The translations under genes and the position numbers were made by a program. The notes beneath the pieces are model-generated. The model ran no database searches, was not told the origin of the DNA, and saw only the letters and a list, made by a program, of their open reading frames with translations. From an uncultured delta proteobacterium (GTDB lineage: Bacteria > Desulfobacterota > Desulfobacteria > Desulfobacterales > QNYZ01), in the NCBI GenBank assembly GCA_963845145.1, contig CAWJQU010000005.1, positions 352,001 through 416,000 of the forward strand: 64,000 nt of DNA. The letters are read 5' to 3'. Shown here one piece after another: positions 1-9,222 of this stretch. The first letter of the stretch is position 1. Every line of letters begins with the position of its first letter.

Positions 1-113
1 ATCCCGGACTGTCCATTTTCCGCGGTTAGGACATTGTACCCGTAGGCGCCCAACAAAAGGCGAAACATGGCAAGGGTTGGTTTCTCATCGTCAATGATTA
101 GGATCTCTTCCAT
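1..113 (-). CDS. Response regulator, N-terminal receiver (runs off window start)
   Basis: Minus-strand translation MEEILIIDDEKPTLAMFRLLLGAYGYNVLTAENGQSG is a typical receiver start; lies just downstream of the kinase fusion. Confidence 0.85.
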   Translation of the reverse strand, partial: MEEILIIDDEKPTLAMFRLLLGAYGYNVLTAENGQSG

Positions 114-219
114 GTTCTGTTCGGTATGTGTGAAGGTTTGTGCTAAGATATTGAATTGTCAAAATTATAAAAACACGGTCATGCGCATTGGCTGTCTTGA
201 AACACGATCTACTTGGAAT

Positions 220-3219
220 TTACACTATTTCCGATATAAAGTGAATCGGAAATGTCAATTTGGCGATGGTGCCGCTCCCCTTTGCTTCGAACACATCCAG
301 ATGGCCATCAAAACCTTTGACGATCTGGCGGCAAATTGTCAGGCCGAGGCCCCTGCCTTTTCCAGAAGCCTTGGTGGTAAAAAAGGGTTCAAATATTCTA
401 TTCCCAATGTGGGCGGGGATACCGACACCTGTATCTGTGATTGTTATTACGACGCGGTCCTTATCCCGGTAGGAACGGACGGTAATTTTTCCAGATGTGT
501 TTTTAAAGTCGGCGACGATGGCATCACGGGCGTTGATTAAAAGATGGTTCAGCACTTCTCCCACTCGGGTGACATTAGCCATAACCGCTGGAAGTGCGTC
601 ATCTTTAAAGAAGTCGACCGAGATATTATCCACTCGAAGTTGGTTGTCGACCGCGGCCAAGGCCTCAGAAACCGATTGATTAAGGTTTACATTTTCCCTG
701 GCAAACCCCGGTTGTTCTCCAGACGCTGTCAATCGGCGGACAATGTCGGTGGCTCTGTCAACCTGGAGACAGATTTCATCGGATACTTGAAGCAGCTCCT
801 CATCTCCAATCCTTTTCTTTTGTTGGGTCATCAATTTCAAATAATCACCGCCCATTTTAATAACATTCAAGGGCTCGTTCAGTTGGTGGGCCGTTTCGGC
901 CGTGATACCGCTAAGGGCCGGCATCAGTTTCAACAGATCCCAGGCGGTGACAAGCTCCACGTGAAGCATCAAGGCGGGTAGAATTATCAAATCGCCGACC
1001 AAGGCTGCCAACATGGTGATGACCATCAACAGCCCGAAAATCGCGGTGGGTTTGAAATGGGATAACATCAATACGGAAAATCCGATACCGATGGCAAGCG
1101 TGGTATACAAAATCGGCCGGCCGATATGCCGAAGGGTATCGCTTAAAGCCCGATCCTTGTCGAGATCCTTTTTAAACTCGCGATTGTATCGAAAAAGGTA
1201 GTAGATGGTATCATCCACGGCCAATCCAATGGCGATACTAGCGATCAGACTGGTTTCCATGGATAGGGGGATCCTGAACCAGCCCATCACACCAAAATTG
1301 ACCATGATGGGGAAAATATTTGGAATCAAAGCAATCAGCCCTACCTTTGCCGACAAAAAAAGCAGCCACATGATCAACAATATAACGACCAGGGCGATGG
1401 CTAAGCTTTTAATTTGACTGGTGGTAAGAAGATGGCTGCTGGCCGCCACCACCATGCCGAAACCCGTGATATCCATTTTAAGCTTTTCCGGTTTCAGCGC
1501 TTTCGGCATGTTTAAATTTGTATGCGAAATGATCGTTTCCCGAAGTCGAAGAAATTCCCGTGAGCTTGAAAGATGGGTGTAAAGCAAAATATTTGTTTTG
1601 GAAAAAGTAGGATCCATAAAACGGTCGAGCATATCTTTACCAAACAACGATTTATAATTATTAATGATCAGCCGCATTTCAAATGCCTTTTCGGGAAGGC
1701 TGTAAAAGGCGGGATCATATTGGTTTGAGGCATAATTGACCAATTTGACATAGTCGGCGAAAGAGACCGCCTTGTCTACACCAGGCAATTTTTCAAGATA
1801 CTGCTGAAGTTGATTGAGGGCCGCAACATGTGTCGGATTTTCAAAATAATCATTCTTCCCGGCCTCCAGGACAACATGAACCGGAAAACTGCCGGATAGA
1901 TCCTGATAAATATCGTGGAAATGGTGGCTGATGGTCGTATTTTTTCTGAAAAAGGTCATTGGGTTGGTTTCCACTCGAATCATTCCCAAACCCGCGACAC
2001 AAAAGAGGGTTATTATACCGGTAGCAACTAAAATGAGACGTCGATGTTTTAAGGTCAATACGATAATTTGTTCCAGAAATCGATTAACCCACTGATGACG
2101 GTTTATTCGCGACGGGTTTGGTGGTGACGGGATCAATACAAGCAGGGCCGGAAAAAGGGTCAATAAAATAACCAGCAGACTGCCCATTCCGAAAATGGTA
2201 AATAGAGCAAACTCGTGGATGGCTGTGATGTGATTCACCCACAAAGAACTAAGCCCGACCACGGTGGCCATAACGGCCAGGATGCTAGGTATCGCAGTAT
2301 CCACAAGCGTGGCCGCCGCTGCCTGGCGACGGGAAGGGATCTGTTTAATACGGACCAGATAGGCCGCCATGATATGCATGGAATAGGCGGTACCCACCGC
2401 GATCAGGAAAACAGGAACGATCATCGTGATCATGGATAAAGGGATTCGCATCCATGCCATAAATCCAAATGTCCATACCAGGGACACAAGGATGCAGGCT
2501 AAGGGTGGTACCAGGCCGATTACGCGTCGAAAAAGGACCCAGAGTATAATAGTGATGAGCAGTAATGTTATGAAGGGGAGTCGTAGAAAGTCTCTCTTGG
2601 AATATTCGGCCAGGGCTCGCGTGACCAGTGGCATGCCTATTTGGTAGATAGATAGATCATTCGGGGCCTTGCTGATAATTTCTTGGATGGATTCGATTAC
2701 CTGTTCATTATCGGCATCTTTTTTCAGGATCAGTGTTATCACGGTGGCGCGGGCATCGGCAGAGATGAGGTTTTTATCAAAAAGATCTACCGGGGCAATC
2801 GTCTTAGCGAATTTATCTAGTGGCCAAGAATCTGAAATATCAACGCTTTCTTTTATAGAAGGCAAACTGATAATACGCCTGATTCCGGGAATTTTCTCCA
2901 CGTCTTGGGAAAAACGGGTGATGTGATTAAAAATATCCGGATCAAAGACGTGCCGGGTTCGGATCACAACCCGGATAATCTCATCGGAGCCAAAGTTTTT
3001 CTTAAACGTATTGTAACTTGCGGTAGCGGGTAAACCCTCTACAACCATATCGTAAATTGAGGTCTGAAAACTCAACTTGGGAAGATGCCAACCGAACGCG
3101 ACCGTTATGATACCCACAATAACAATCACGGCCACCGGCCAATGAAGTAGCTGAGTTAAAATCCAGGTAAGATGTAAACGGGTAGCGAATCGGCCTTGGG
3201 GTAATTCGGTTTGATCCAT
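220..3219 (-). CDS. MMPL/RND-family transporter fused to a C-terminal histidine kinase (HisKA + HATPase)
   Basis: Two RND TM repeats (IAVGTAYSMH; IAIGLAVDDTIY) followed by AHQLNEPL, LLINARDAI, DTGVGIP, FEPFFTTK and GRGLGL boxes. Confidence 0.88.
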   Translation of the reverse strand: MDQTELPQGRFATRLHLTWILTQLLHWPVAVIVIVGIITVAFGWHLPKLSFQTSIYDMVVEGLPATASYNTFKKNFGSDEIIRVVIRTRHVFDPDIFNHITRFSQDVEKIPGIRRIISLPSIKESVDISDSWPLDKFAKTIAPVDLFDKNLISADARATVITLILKKDADNEQVIESIQEIISKAPNDLSIYQIGMPLVTRALAEYSKRDFLRLPFITLLLITIILWVLFRRVIGLVPPLACILVSLVWTFGFMAWMRIPLSMITMIVPVFLIAVGTAYSMHIMAAYLVRIKQIPSRRQAAAATLVDTAIPSILAVMATVVGLSSLWVNHITAIHEFALFTIFGMGSLLVILLTLFPALLVLIPSPPNPSRINRHQWVNRFLEQIIVLTLKHRRLILVATGIITLFCVAGLGMIRVETNPMTFFRKNTTISHHFHDIYQDLSGSFPVHVVLEAGKNDYFENPTHVAALNQLQQYLEKLPGVDKAVSFADYVKLVNYASNQYDPAFYSLPEKAFEMRLIINNYKSLFGKDMLDRFMDPTFSKTNILLYTHLSSSREFLRLRETIISHTNLNMPKALKPEKLKMDITGFGMVVAASSHLLTTSQIKSLAIALVVILLIMWLLFLSAKVGLIALIPNIFPIMVNFGVMGWFRIPLSMETSLIASIAIGLAVDDTIYYLFRYNREFKKDLDKDRALSDTLRHIGRPILYTTLAIGIGFSVLMLSHFKPTAIFGLLMVITMLAALVGDLIILPALMLHVELVTAWDLLKLMPALSGITAETAHQLNEPLNVIKMGGDYLKLMTQQKKRIGDEELLQVSDEICLQVDRATDIVRRLTASGEQPGFARENVNLNQSVSEALAAVDNQLRVDNISVDFFKDDALPAVMANVTRVGEVLNHLLINARDAIVADFKNTSGKITVRSYRDKDRVVITITDTGVGIPAHIGNRIFEPFFTTKASGKGRGLGLTICRQIVKGFDGHLDVFEAKGSGTIAKLTFPIHFISEIV

Positions 3220-3242
3220 AGGGTGACCTGCCGGGAATTAAA

Positions 3243-4538
3243 TTAAAAAAGATTGGCTGGTATCGATTCCGGTTCCCGCTCGATGGCAAAATCTGTTTTC
3301 AAAATGAACCACAGGGAGCCGATAATGAGTACAAATGCCACCACAAACACGATGAAATACGATTTTGCCCCGAGGTCTTGAAAATTATCCAGAAATTTTC
3401 CGCAGACCAAGGGTAATAAAGCCGAAAACGGTAGGGTAAAAATCGGTGCGACTGCAAAATAACGGGTAGAGTCCACCTGTCCGGATAGCTTCTTTACTGC
3501 CGGCGCGTAAACCAGCATGCGGGTTCCCCTGGCGACACCCAGAAAAAAGCTGGCCAGCAAAAAACCCCAGCTAACATTAAATAAAATAAGCAGGCCTATG
3601 GCCATAACCGCTGCCGTTTTTTCAAATACATACTTACCTTTTAAGGTGAAGAACCCCAGCGGACCCAACAAAATATTGGCGCAGATGGCGCCGATATAAA
3701 TGGCGCCGACAAAAGCGCCCGCTGCCAATGCCGGAGATACAGCGCAATAGTCCGTGGCGTAATTGGCGTAAAAGGAAATGACCGTGATGATGACGTATAG
3801 ATCGACGTCCCCTGCTAAAAACTTCAGAAAATTTTTATCCTTCCAGACAAACAGCATGGATTCACGGACATATCCAATAAGGGCCGGCCTTTTGTCCATT
3901 AAGGGCAACCGGTCCTGGGGAATCTCCCTGGTCATAAAAAAAAACAAGGCGCCCAAAGCAAACAGCAGGCCGACAACGATAAAAATACCGGCGGAATGTC
4001 GGGGTGAAAATGCATACCGGCCGACAAAGTGAACAATATAAATGCTGGCGATGAGCTTGGCGGTATTTTGAGCTATCAACATGGTTGCCAGCGCGGAAAC
4101 TGATCGTTCCTCGGAAAAAATTTTGACGAGAAAATTCAACCACACCGGCAAAGTCATACCGATCAGAATGGAAAATACGGCGTAGCAGCCAAAAAATATG
4201 ACTAGAAAATGGGTCGTTTTATCCAGTAAAAGTAAGCTGAGCCCGATTACAACCATCATGAGGCCTGATATCACATGCAGTATAATCACGGCCAATCGCT
4301 TCAGAACCATATTTTCGGTGAGATAGCAGGAAATAACAGCAAAAACAGACATACCAATAAAAAAGAAAAATGGGATCAAGCCGATGGACAGACTCGAGGC
4401 GCCCATGTTTTTAAGAAACAGTTGTAAAAATGTCGATTCAATCACCACCGGCAGGCCCAGGCCCCAAAAAAATTCAACGGCGGATATCCCAAAGACGTTC
4501 CGTTTAAAATGTTGATCGAGCTTGGCCTGAGTGGTCAT
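3243..4538 (-). CDS. MFS-type transporter
   Basis: 431 aa with about 12 hydrophobic segments. Confidence 0.7.
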   Translation of the reverse strand: MTTQAKLDQHFKRNVFGISAVEFFWGLGLPVVIESTFLQLFLKNMGASSLSIGLIPFFFFIGMSVFAVISCYLTENMVLKRLAVIILHVISGLMMVVIGLSLLLLDKTTHFLVIFFGCYAVFSILIGMTLPVWLNFLVKIFSEERSVSALATMLIAQNTAKLIASIYIVHFVGRYAFSPRHSAGIFIVVGLLFALGALFFFMTREIPQDRLPLMDKRPALIGYVRESMLFVWKDKNFLKFLAGDVDLYVIITVISFYANYATDYCAVSPALAAGAFVGAIYIGAICANILLGPLGFFTLKGKYVFEKTAAVMAIGLLILFNVSWGFLLASFFLGVARGTRMLVYAPAVKKLSGQVDSTRYFAVAPIFTLPFSALLPLVCGKFLDNFQDLGAKSYFIVFVVAFVLIIGSLWFILKTDFAIEREPESIPANLF

Positions 4539-4785
4539 GTCAATTCAATTGTCTACCTGAATGTTAGCCCCTGTTTCTATGTTTAAACCACATCAGTTTT
4601 GAGCAACGCCTCGGCACTGGATCGACGCTGTCGGAAAACGGTGGAATTAAGCAGTAGTATCAATATCTATCCTAAATTGAGCAAAAGTTCCAGATAGATT
4701 TGCGGAACACCAGGCTTTGACTTCTTTCACCATGTTGACAAATAGAAAAAGGTAAAGGCAAGAAGCAGGGAAACAAGACTAATTC

Positions 4786-5030
4786 GATCAGGTTTGGTAT
4801 GATGATCTTCTTACATTCGTTAAAGAGAATAACATTTTCGCCTTTGGGCTATCGGAGAAAGCACACGGTGCAGATCGCTACAACTCCGAGATGGCCCTTA
4901 CCCCTTTTGGGGATGGGCGCTATGTCGCCGACGGCGGCAAGTACAATCTAGGTTGGGCCAGCATCGGGATATGCACCCATGCCTTTAACGAAGCCATCAA
5001 TCATGCGGGCAATCGCAACCTTTTACATGC
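4786..5030 (+). pseudogene. Acyl-CoA dehydrogenase remnant with internal deletions
   Basis: Reads IFAFGLSEKAHGAD...GGKYNLGWASIGICTHAFNEAINHA; motifs normally far apart are juxtaposed. Confidence 0.6.
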
Positions 5031-5088
5031 AAAACCATTTCTTCGAAATCGTTATAAAAAGGCTTTAAACGTCCGGCCATCCATTTGA

Positions 5089-5598
5089 CTATTCACCGCC
5101 GACTGTTTTAAATTTTTCTTTGGGTGCTCCGCAAACCGGGCATTTACGGGGGATTTTCTTATCGGTCACATATCCACAGACCTGACAGACATGATACGCC
5201 TTAACTTCCTTTCGAATCAAATGGTAGATGGCCCGTTCATATAATTTAGCATGGTAGCCCTCGGCGTCCCTGGCGTGCCCGAAAACCAGGGCGGCCTCCG
5301 TCTCTCCTTCGTCTTGCGCTTCCTTTAAAAAGTCGGGGTATTCGTTCTCGCTAATGGATTTTTCCCGTTGGAATGAGTTCTCCAAATTCGTGTCTGTATC
5401 TTTTACAATTAAATCGCGTGCCAGGTTCATGTGGCGGGAGGCATGCACACGCTCCCCCTCGGCAATTGCACGAAAAAGCAGTGCTACCTGAGGAACGTCT
5501 TCTTCATCTGCTTTTTCAGCGTAGGCCAGCAATCGAAAAAACGCTTTTGCCTCCCCGATAAACGCCTTATAAACATTGTCCCTGGTCTTGGGTTTCAT
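5089..5598 (-). CDS. Rubrerythrin family protein
   Basis: AFIGEAKA, EGERVHA, AEGYHA diiron motifs; C-terminal CQVCGY...CPVCG rubredoxin-like site. Confidence 0.9.
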   Translation of the reverse strand: MKPKTRDNVYKAFIGEAKAFFRLLAYAEKADEEDVPQVALLFRAIAEGERVHASRHMNLARDLIVKDTDTNLENSFQREKSISENEYPDFLKEAQDEGETEAALVFGHARDAEGYHAKLYERAIYHLIRKEVKAYHVCQVCGYVTDKKIPRKCPVCGAPKEKFKTVGGE

Positions 5599-5624
5599 TT
5601 AAATCCTCCATTCATGTCTCAATT

Positions 5625-6293
5625 TTATATAAATGCAGAAAAATCTTCCAATGGTTTTTTTTCAATGACCGGCACACGCACATCTTTTGATGGATAGCCG
5701 ACAACCAGGATCATAAAGGGCTTTTCATTGGACGGCCTTGATAATATTTTATTCAGAAAGCGCATGTTCGCCGGTGTGTATGTCAGGGTCGCCAAACCGG
5801 CATGGTGTAAGGCAGAAATGAGCATCCCGGTTGAAATGCCAACAGATTCATTCACGTAGTAGTGTTTTATCTTTTCATTGTCGACAGAAACACCATACAA
5901 TTCTGAAAAAATGGCGATTAGGTATGGCGCCGTCTCCAGAAAGGGCTTCTTCGGGCCGGTTTTTAATTTTTTTAGCGCATTTCTCCATGTTTGGGTGGCT
6001 TCCTTATGGTAAAAATCCGCCTCAATTTCTTCCGCCGCTTCACGGATAACTCTTTTGACTTCAGGATCGGATACAGCGATAAACTGCCACGGTTGCTGGT
6101 TCGCGCCACTTGGTGCAGTACCGGCCGTTCGCAAACAATCTTCAATGATCGTTCGGTCAACCGGCTCATTTGAAAATTCTCGCACGGTTCGCCGCCGTTT
6201 CATCTCTGCATAAAAGGTTGCGGCGCGGCTTTTCATCTCCGCTTCGGGCCATTTTTGATAGTCTGTCAACGGCAGTAATGGTGTTTCAGGCAT
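5625..6293 (-). CDS. Nitroreductase-fold flavoprotein, iodotyrosine deiodinase-like
   Basis: RRTVREFS, TAPSGANQQPW, KPFLETAPYLI, HYYVNESVGI, LATLTYTP; likely ATG at 6293. Confidence 0.8.
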   Translation of the reverse strand: MPETPLLPLTDYQKWPEAEMKSRAATFYAEMKRRRTVREFSNEPVDRTIIEDCLRTAGTAPSGANQQPWQFIAVSDPEVKRVIREAAEEIEADFYHKEATQTWRNALKKLKTGPKKPFLETAPYLIAIFSELYGVSVDNEKIKHYYVNESVGISTGMLISALHHAGLATLTYTPANMRFLNKILSRPSNEKPFMILVVGYPSKDVRVPVIEKKPLEDFSAFI

Positions 6294-6327
6294 CTTTTCC
6301 CTTTCATGCTTAAAGGGTTTAAACAGC

Positions 6328-6936
6328 TCAACAATTATCATACATTCGGATTATTTCACCAGACCCTTTGCCCTCAACGCTTTTTACATAGCCGTTGATC
6401 ACTTTATGCATGGGTATGGGGTTATGGCCGGGAAAATAAGCCTCGTATTTGTCGATGGCATCTTCGACCAAACCTGAAGAGACAACATTGATTCTGATTT
6501 CATTTTTTAATTCCAGAGCCACGGCTTTTACGAAACTGTGAATGCCCCCGTTCACCATCGCCGCACTCGCGGTTAATTCCACCGGATGATCTGCCAGAAT
6601 TCCCGTGGTGAGCGTAAAAGACCCCCCTTTATTTAAATAAGGGTGTCCGATTCTCACGAGATTCACCTGGCCCATTAACTTACTCTTCAAACCGATGTAA
6701 AAATCTTCCTCGGTCATCGTGTCAAATGCCGCCCATTTGGCCTCCCCGGCAATGCAGACCACCGCATCGATGTTTCCGACGGATGCAAACATGGTTTTAA
6801 TCGACTGACTATCCGCGATATCGACTAACGTATCACCGGAATTTCTCCCCCCAATCAAAATATCATGCTTTTTTGCAAAATGGGTGCTTACCGTTTGGCC
6901 AATGGTACCCTTGCCGCCGATGATTAAAACTTTCAT
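6328..6936 (-). CDS. Short-chain dehydrogenase/reductase
   Basis: IIGGKGTIG Rossmann motif, SKLMGQVNLV, RINVVS. Confidence 0.85.
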   Translation of the reverse strand: MKVLIIGGKGTIGQTVSTHFAKKHDILIGGRNSGDTLVDIADSQSIKTMFASVGNIDAVVCIAGEAKWAAFDTMTEEDFYIGLKSKLMGQVNLVRIGHPYLNKGGSFTLTTGILADHPVELTASAAMVNGGIHSFVKAVALELKNEIRINVVSSGLVEDAIDKYEAYFPGHNPIPMHKVINGYVKSVEGKGSGEIIRMYDNC

Positions 6937-7050
6937 AGTATCTCCATTAATGGTTTCATAATTGCCGAACCTCCGGCCCTGCCCATAGTAAGCAGGCGTG
7001 CTTATCTGGAATCCAGTAGATGATGGTTTCTAAGTCGATTATACTTGTCT

Positions 7051-7076
7051 TGTCCATGTCCATGTCCATGTCCATG
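7051..7076 (+). repeat. Hexamer tandem repeat (TGTCCA)x4
   Basis: tgtccatgtccatgtccatgtccatg seen directly. Confidence 0.9.
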
Positions 7077-7086
7077 GCGGAAAAAC

Positions 7087-7707
7087 CTATTTTTCAATAC
7101 CCACCCGCGCGATCACGCCGTCATGATAGTAATGCTTGACCTCTTTCATTTCCGTGACCAAATCGGCGATCGCAACGACCTCTGGAAGGGCATATCGTCC
7201 AGTGAAAACCAATTCCATATTATCCGGCTTCAGGCTGATGATTCCCATAAGTTCCTCCATGGACAGCAAACCGCAGCATACCGCTATGTTGATTTCATCT
7301 AAAATAACGAGATCATAACGACCTGATATCAAAATTTTCTTTATGCTTTTGATACCATTTCGGCAAGCCCTATCGTCCGCTGATGTCATTTGTTCGTCTA
7401 CAAATTCACCGGTTCCGTATTGCTCCACAAGAACGGATTCGGCAAAAATTCGCAACGCTTTAATCTCACCATAATCCCCATTTTTCAGGAATTGACCAAT
7501 AAACACCCTTGCCCCATTGCCGATCGCTCGTAAAGTCAGGCCAAAAGCGGCAGTGCTTTTACCTTTTCCATCACCAGTATATACCTGGATATACCCCTTA
7601 TTCAATCCTTTGAACCGAGGAAAAAGGCGGTTCGGTAAGGTGGGTTTACAGGGTTTCCGGACCAAACCGCCTGCTGGGTCATTGTCAATTAACATTTTAA
7701 CGGGCAT
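7087..7707 (-). CDS. cobO: Cob(I)yrinic acid a,c-diamide adenosyltransferase
   Basis: VYTGDGKGKSTAAFG, QFLK, ILDEINIA, FTGRYA, ADLVTEM; start at 7707 chosen from an upstream GAGAGGGGG RBS. Confidence 0.92.
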   Translation of the reverse strand: MPVKMLIDNDPAGGLVRKPCKPTLPNRLFPRFKGLNKGYIQVYTGDGKGKSTAAFGLTLRAIGNGARVFIGQFLKNGDYGEIKALRIFAESVLVEQYGTGEFVDEQMTSADDRACRNGIKSIKKILISGRYDLVILDEINIAVCCGLLSMEELMGIISLKPDNMELVFTGRYALPEVVAIADLVTEMKEVKHYYHDGVIARVGIEK

Positions 7708-7848
7708 TCGTCCCCCTCTCTCAAAATAATTATGGGTTGAGATCAAACCTGATCCCGTTCGCTCACGAGTGAATAAAAACGCTGGGTTCAAGAAAGCGGC
7801 TTTCTCCGTTCCCGGCAGCCCATTTTACCGGCTCGGGAAAGAGCCAAA

Positions 7849-7885
7849 TAAAAAAGCCCTTCGCGCATATCATTGCACGAAGGGC
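7849..7885 (-). terminator. Intrinsic terminator, likely riboswitch expression platform
   Basis: Minus strand GCCCTTCGTGCA...TGCGCGAAGGGC followed by a T run, between the aptamer and cobO. Confidence 0.7.
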
Positions 7886-7960
7886 CTCACCCAGCTTATC
7901 TTAACCCTTGTCGTTAGCCACAATCCCCGTTTCCACGCAGAGAATTTGACCTTTTTTATT

Positions 7961-8125
7961 CAAGGCAGGTCTTCTGGTTCTCGGATCACCCTACTCGCTA
8001 CGCCTTCCCGTTTCGCTTGAACCGAAACAGTGGCTGAATATAGCTTTCGTCCCCGATGACAGCGGCGGGACCACTCCCGATTTTCACGGGATTCCCTATT
8101 AAGCCATTTGGCACCTTGTATCTGC
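7961..8125 (-). ncRNA. Cobalamin (B12) riboswitch
   Basis: Minus strand AGGTGCC..TAATAGGGAATCCCGTGAAAATCGGGAG..CCCGCCGCTGT..GCCACTG..GGGAAGG..CCAGAAGACCTGCC; upstream of cobO. Confidence 0.93.
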
Positions 8126-8423
8126 GACACATTAAAATAAAACAGCACTTGTGTCAACACGATATTAAAACTACAATATATGGTATATAAGTGCACATTT
8201 TCCGAATTACAGTGGGTACGTGATTAATATCTGGGACGTTTTTATCCAACTGAACGTAACGCCAGCAGCGTTAAAGGCGCATCTAATTCACGCATTATCT
8301 ATTCGATTTTGAGAAAATCGATTAATATTGGCCGTGTCATTGGAGAAAAACTTGACAAGGTTGTCTTTTTTTCGCAATAAGAATTACAATATAAAAAAAC
8401 CGTTTCTTACAGGGGTCTCGAAA

Positions 8424-9110
8424 ATGGATGTAAAAATACTGGTCGTTGATGATGAAGAGTCTATCCGTACTTGGATTTCGAAAATGTTATCAAAATACGG
8501 GTACGTCGGAGATGTGGCCAAAGATTATGATTCTGCCGTTAAAAAAATGACGGAAACTCAGTATGATATTGTTATCACAGATAAAAATATGCCGGATGCC
8601 ACAACCAACGTGGATAATGGCATTCGTTTGCTAAAATATATCAAAAGCCACTCATCCTCTACGGAAGTCATTATAATGACAGGTTTTGCTACGATTGAGA
8701 CTGCCATCGAAGCGATGAAGATCGGTGCCTTTGATTATATAACCAAGCCATTTAAAATCGAAGCCTTGAATGAAAAAATCTCTCGCATTCTTGAATACCG
8801 ATCTTTTATCGATTCAACGCTCAATCTGCAGATTTACAAGAATATTCATTCAGAATTGCTGGAGCTACTGAAAAACCAGGACAATCTGTCCGATGGTACG
8901 ATTGATCAATTGATGAAAAACCTGGGTAGACGACTGGATCATCTTTTTGGTTCCCAAAAGGAGTTTGAGTCGATTATTCAGATCCAGAACGATGCATTAG
9001 AAACGATACAATCCTACGCCGAAAAACTAAAAAACAGTATTTCCGACACCGAGCCTTCATACGACCTCGTCCAAAAAATTCTTGAAGAGTCCGGGCGACG
9101 GATCGACTGA
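8424..9110 (+). CDS. Response regulator (receiver plus helical tail, no obvious output domain)
   Basis: ILVVDDE, DIVITDKNMP, MTGFA, FDYITKPF. Confidence 0.88.
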   Translation: MDVKILVVDDEESIRTWISKMLSKYGYVGDVAKDYDSAVKKMTETQYDIVITDKNMPDATTNVDNGIRLLKYIKSHSSSTEVIIMTGFATIETAIEAMKIGAFDYITKPFKIEALNEKISRILEYRSFIDSTLNLQIYKNIHSELLELLKNQDNLSDGTIDQLMKNLGRRLDHLFGSQKEFESIIQIQNDALETIQSYAEKLKNSISDTEPSYDLVQKILEESGRRID

Positions 9111-9222
9111 ATCGGGAAAAACCCGTTTTTTTACGAAGCTACAGGGTCTGAGTATAAAAAGGCCCAGCCTTGCACCAAACCATCCCCATTCTAACAATCG
9201 AAGAAATCCCCGTGGATGATTG

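Noticed and set aside
7045..7302. CPCPCPCP metal-binding peptide
   Set aside because: Arises from the TGTCCA repeat and runs antisense to cobO
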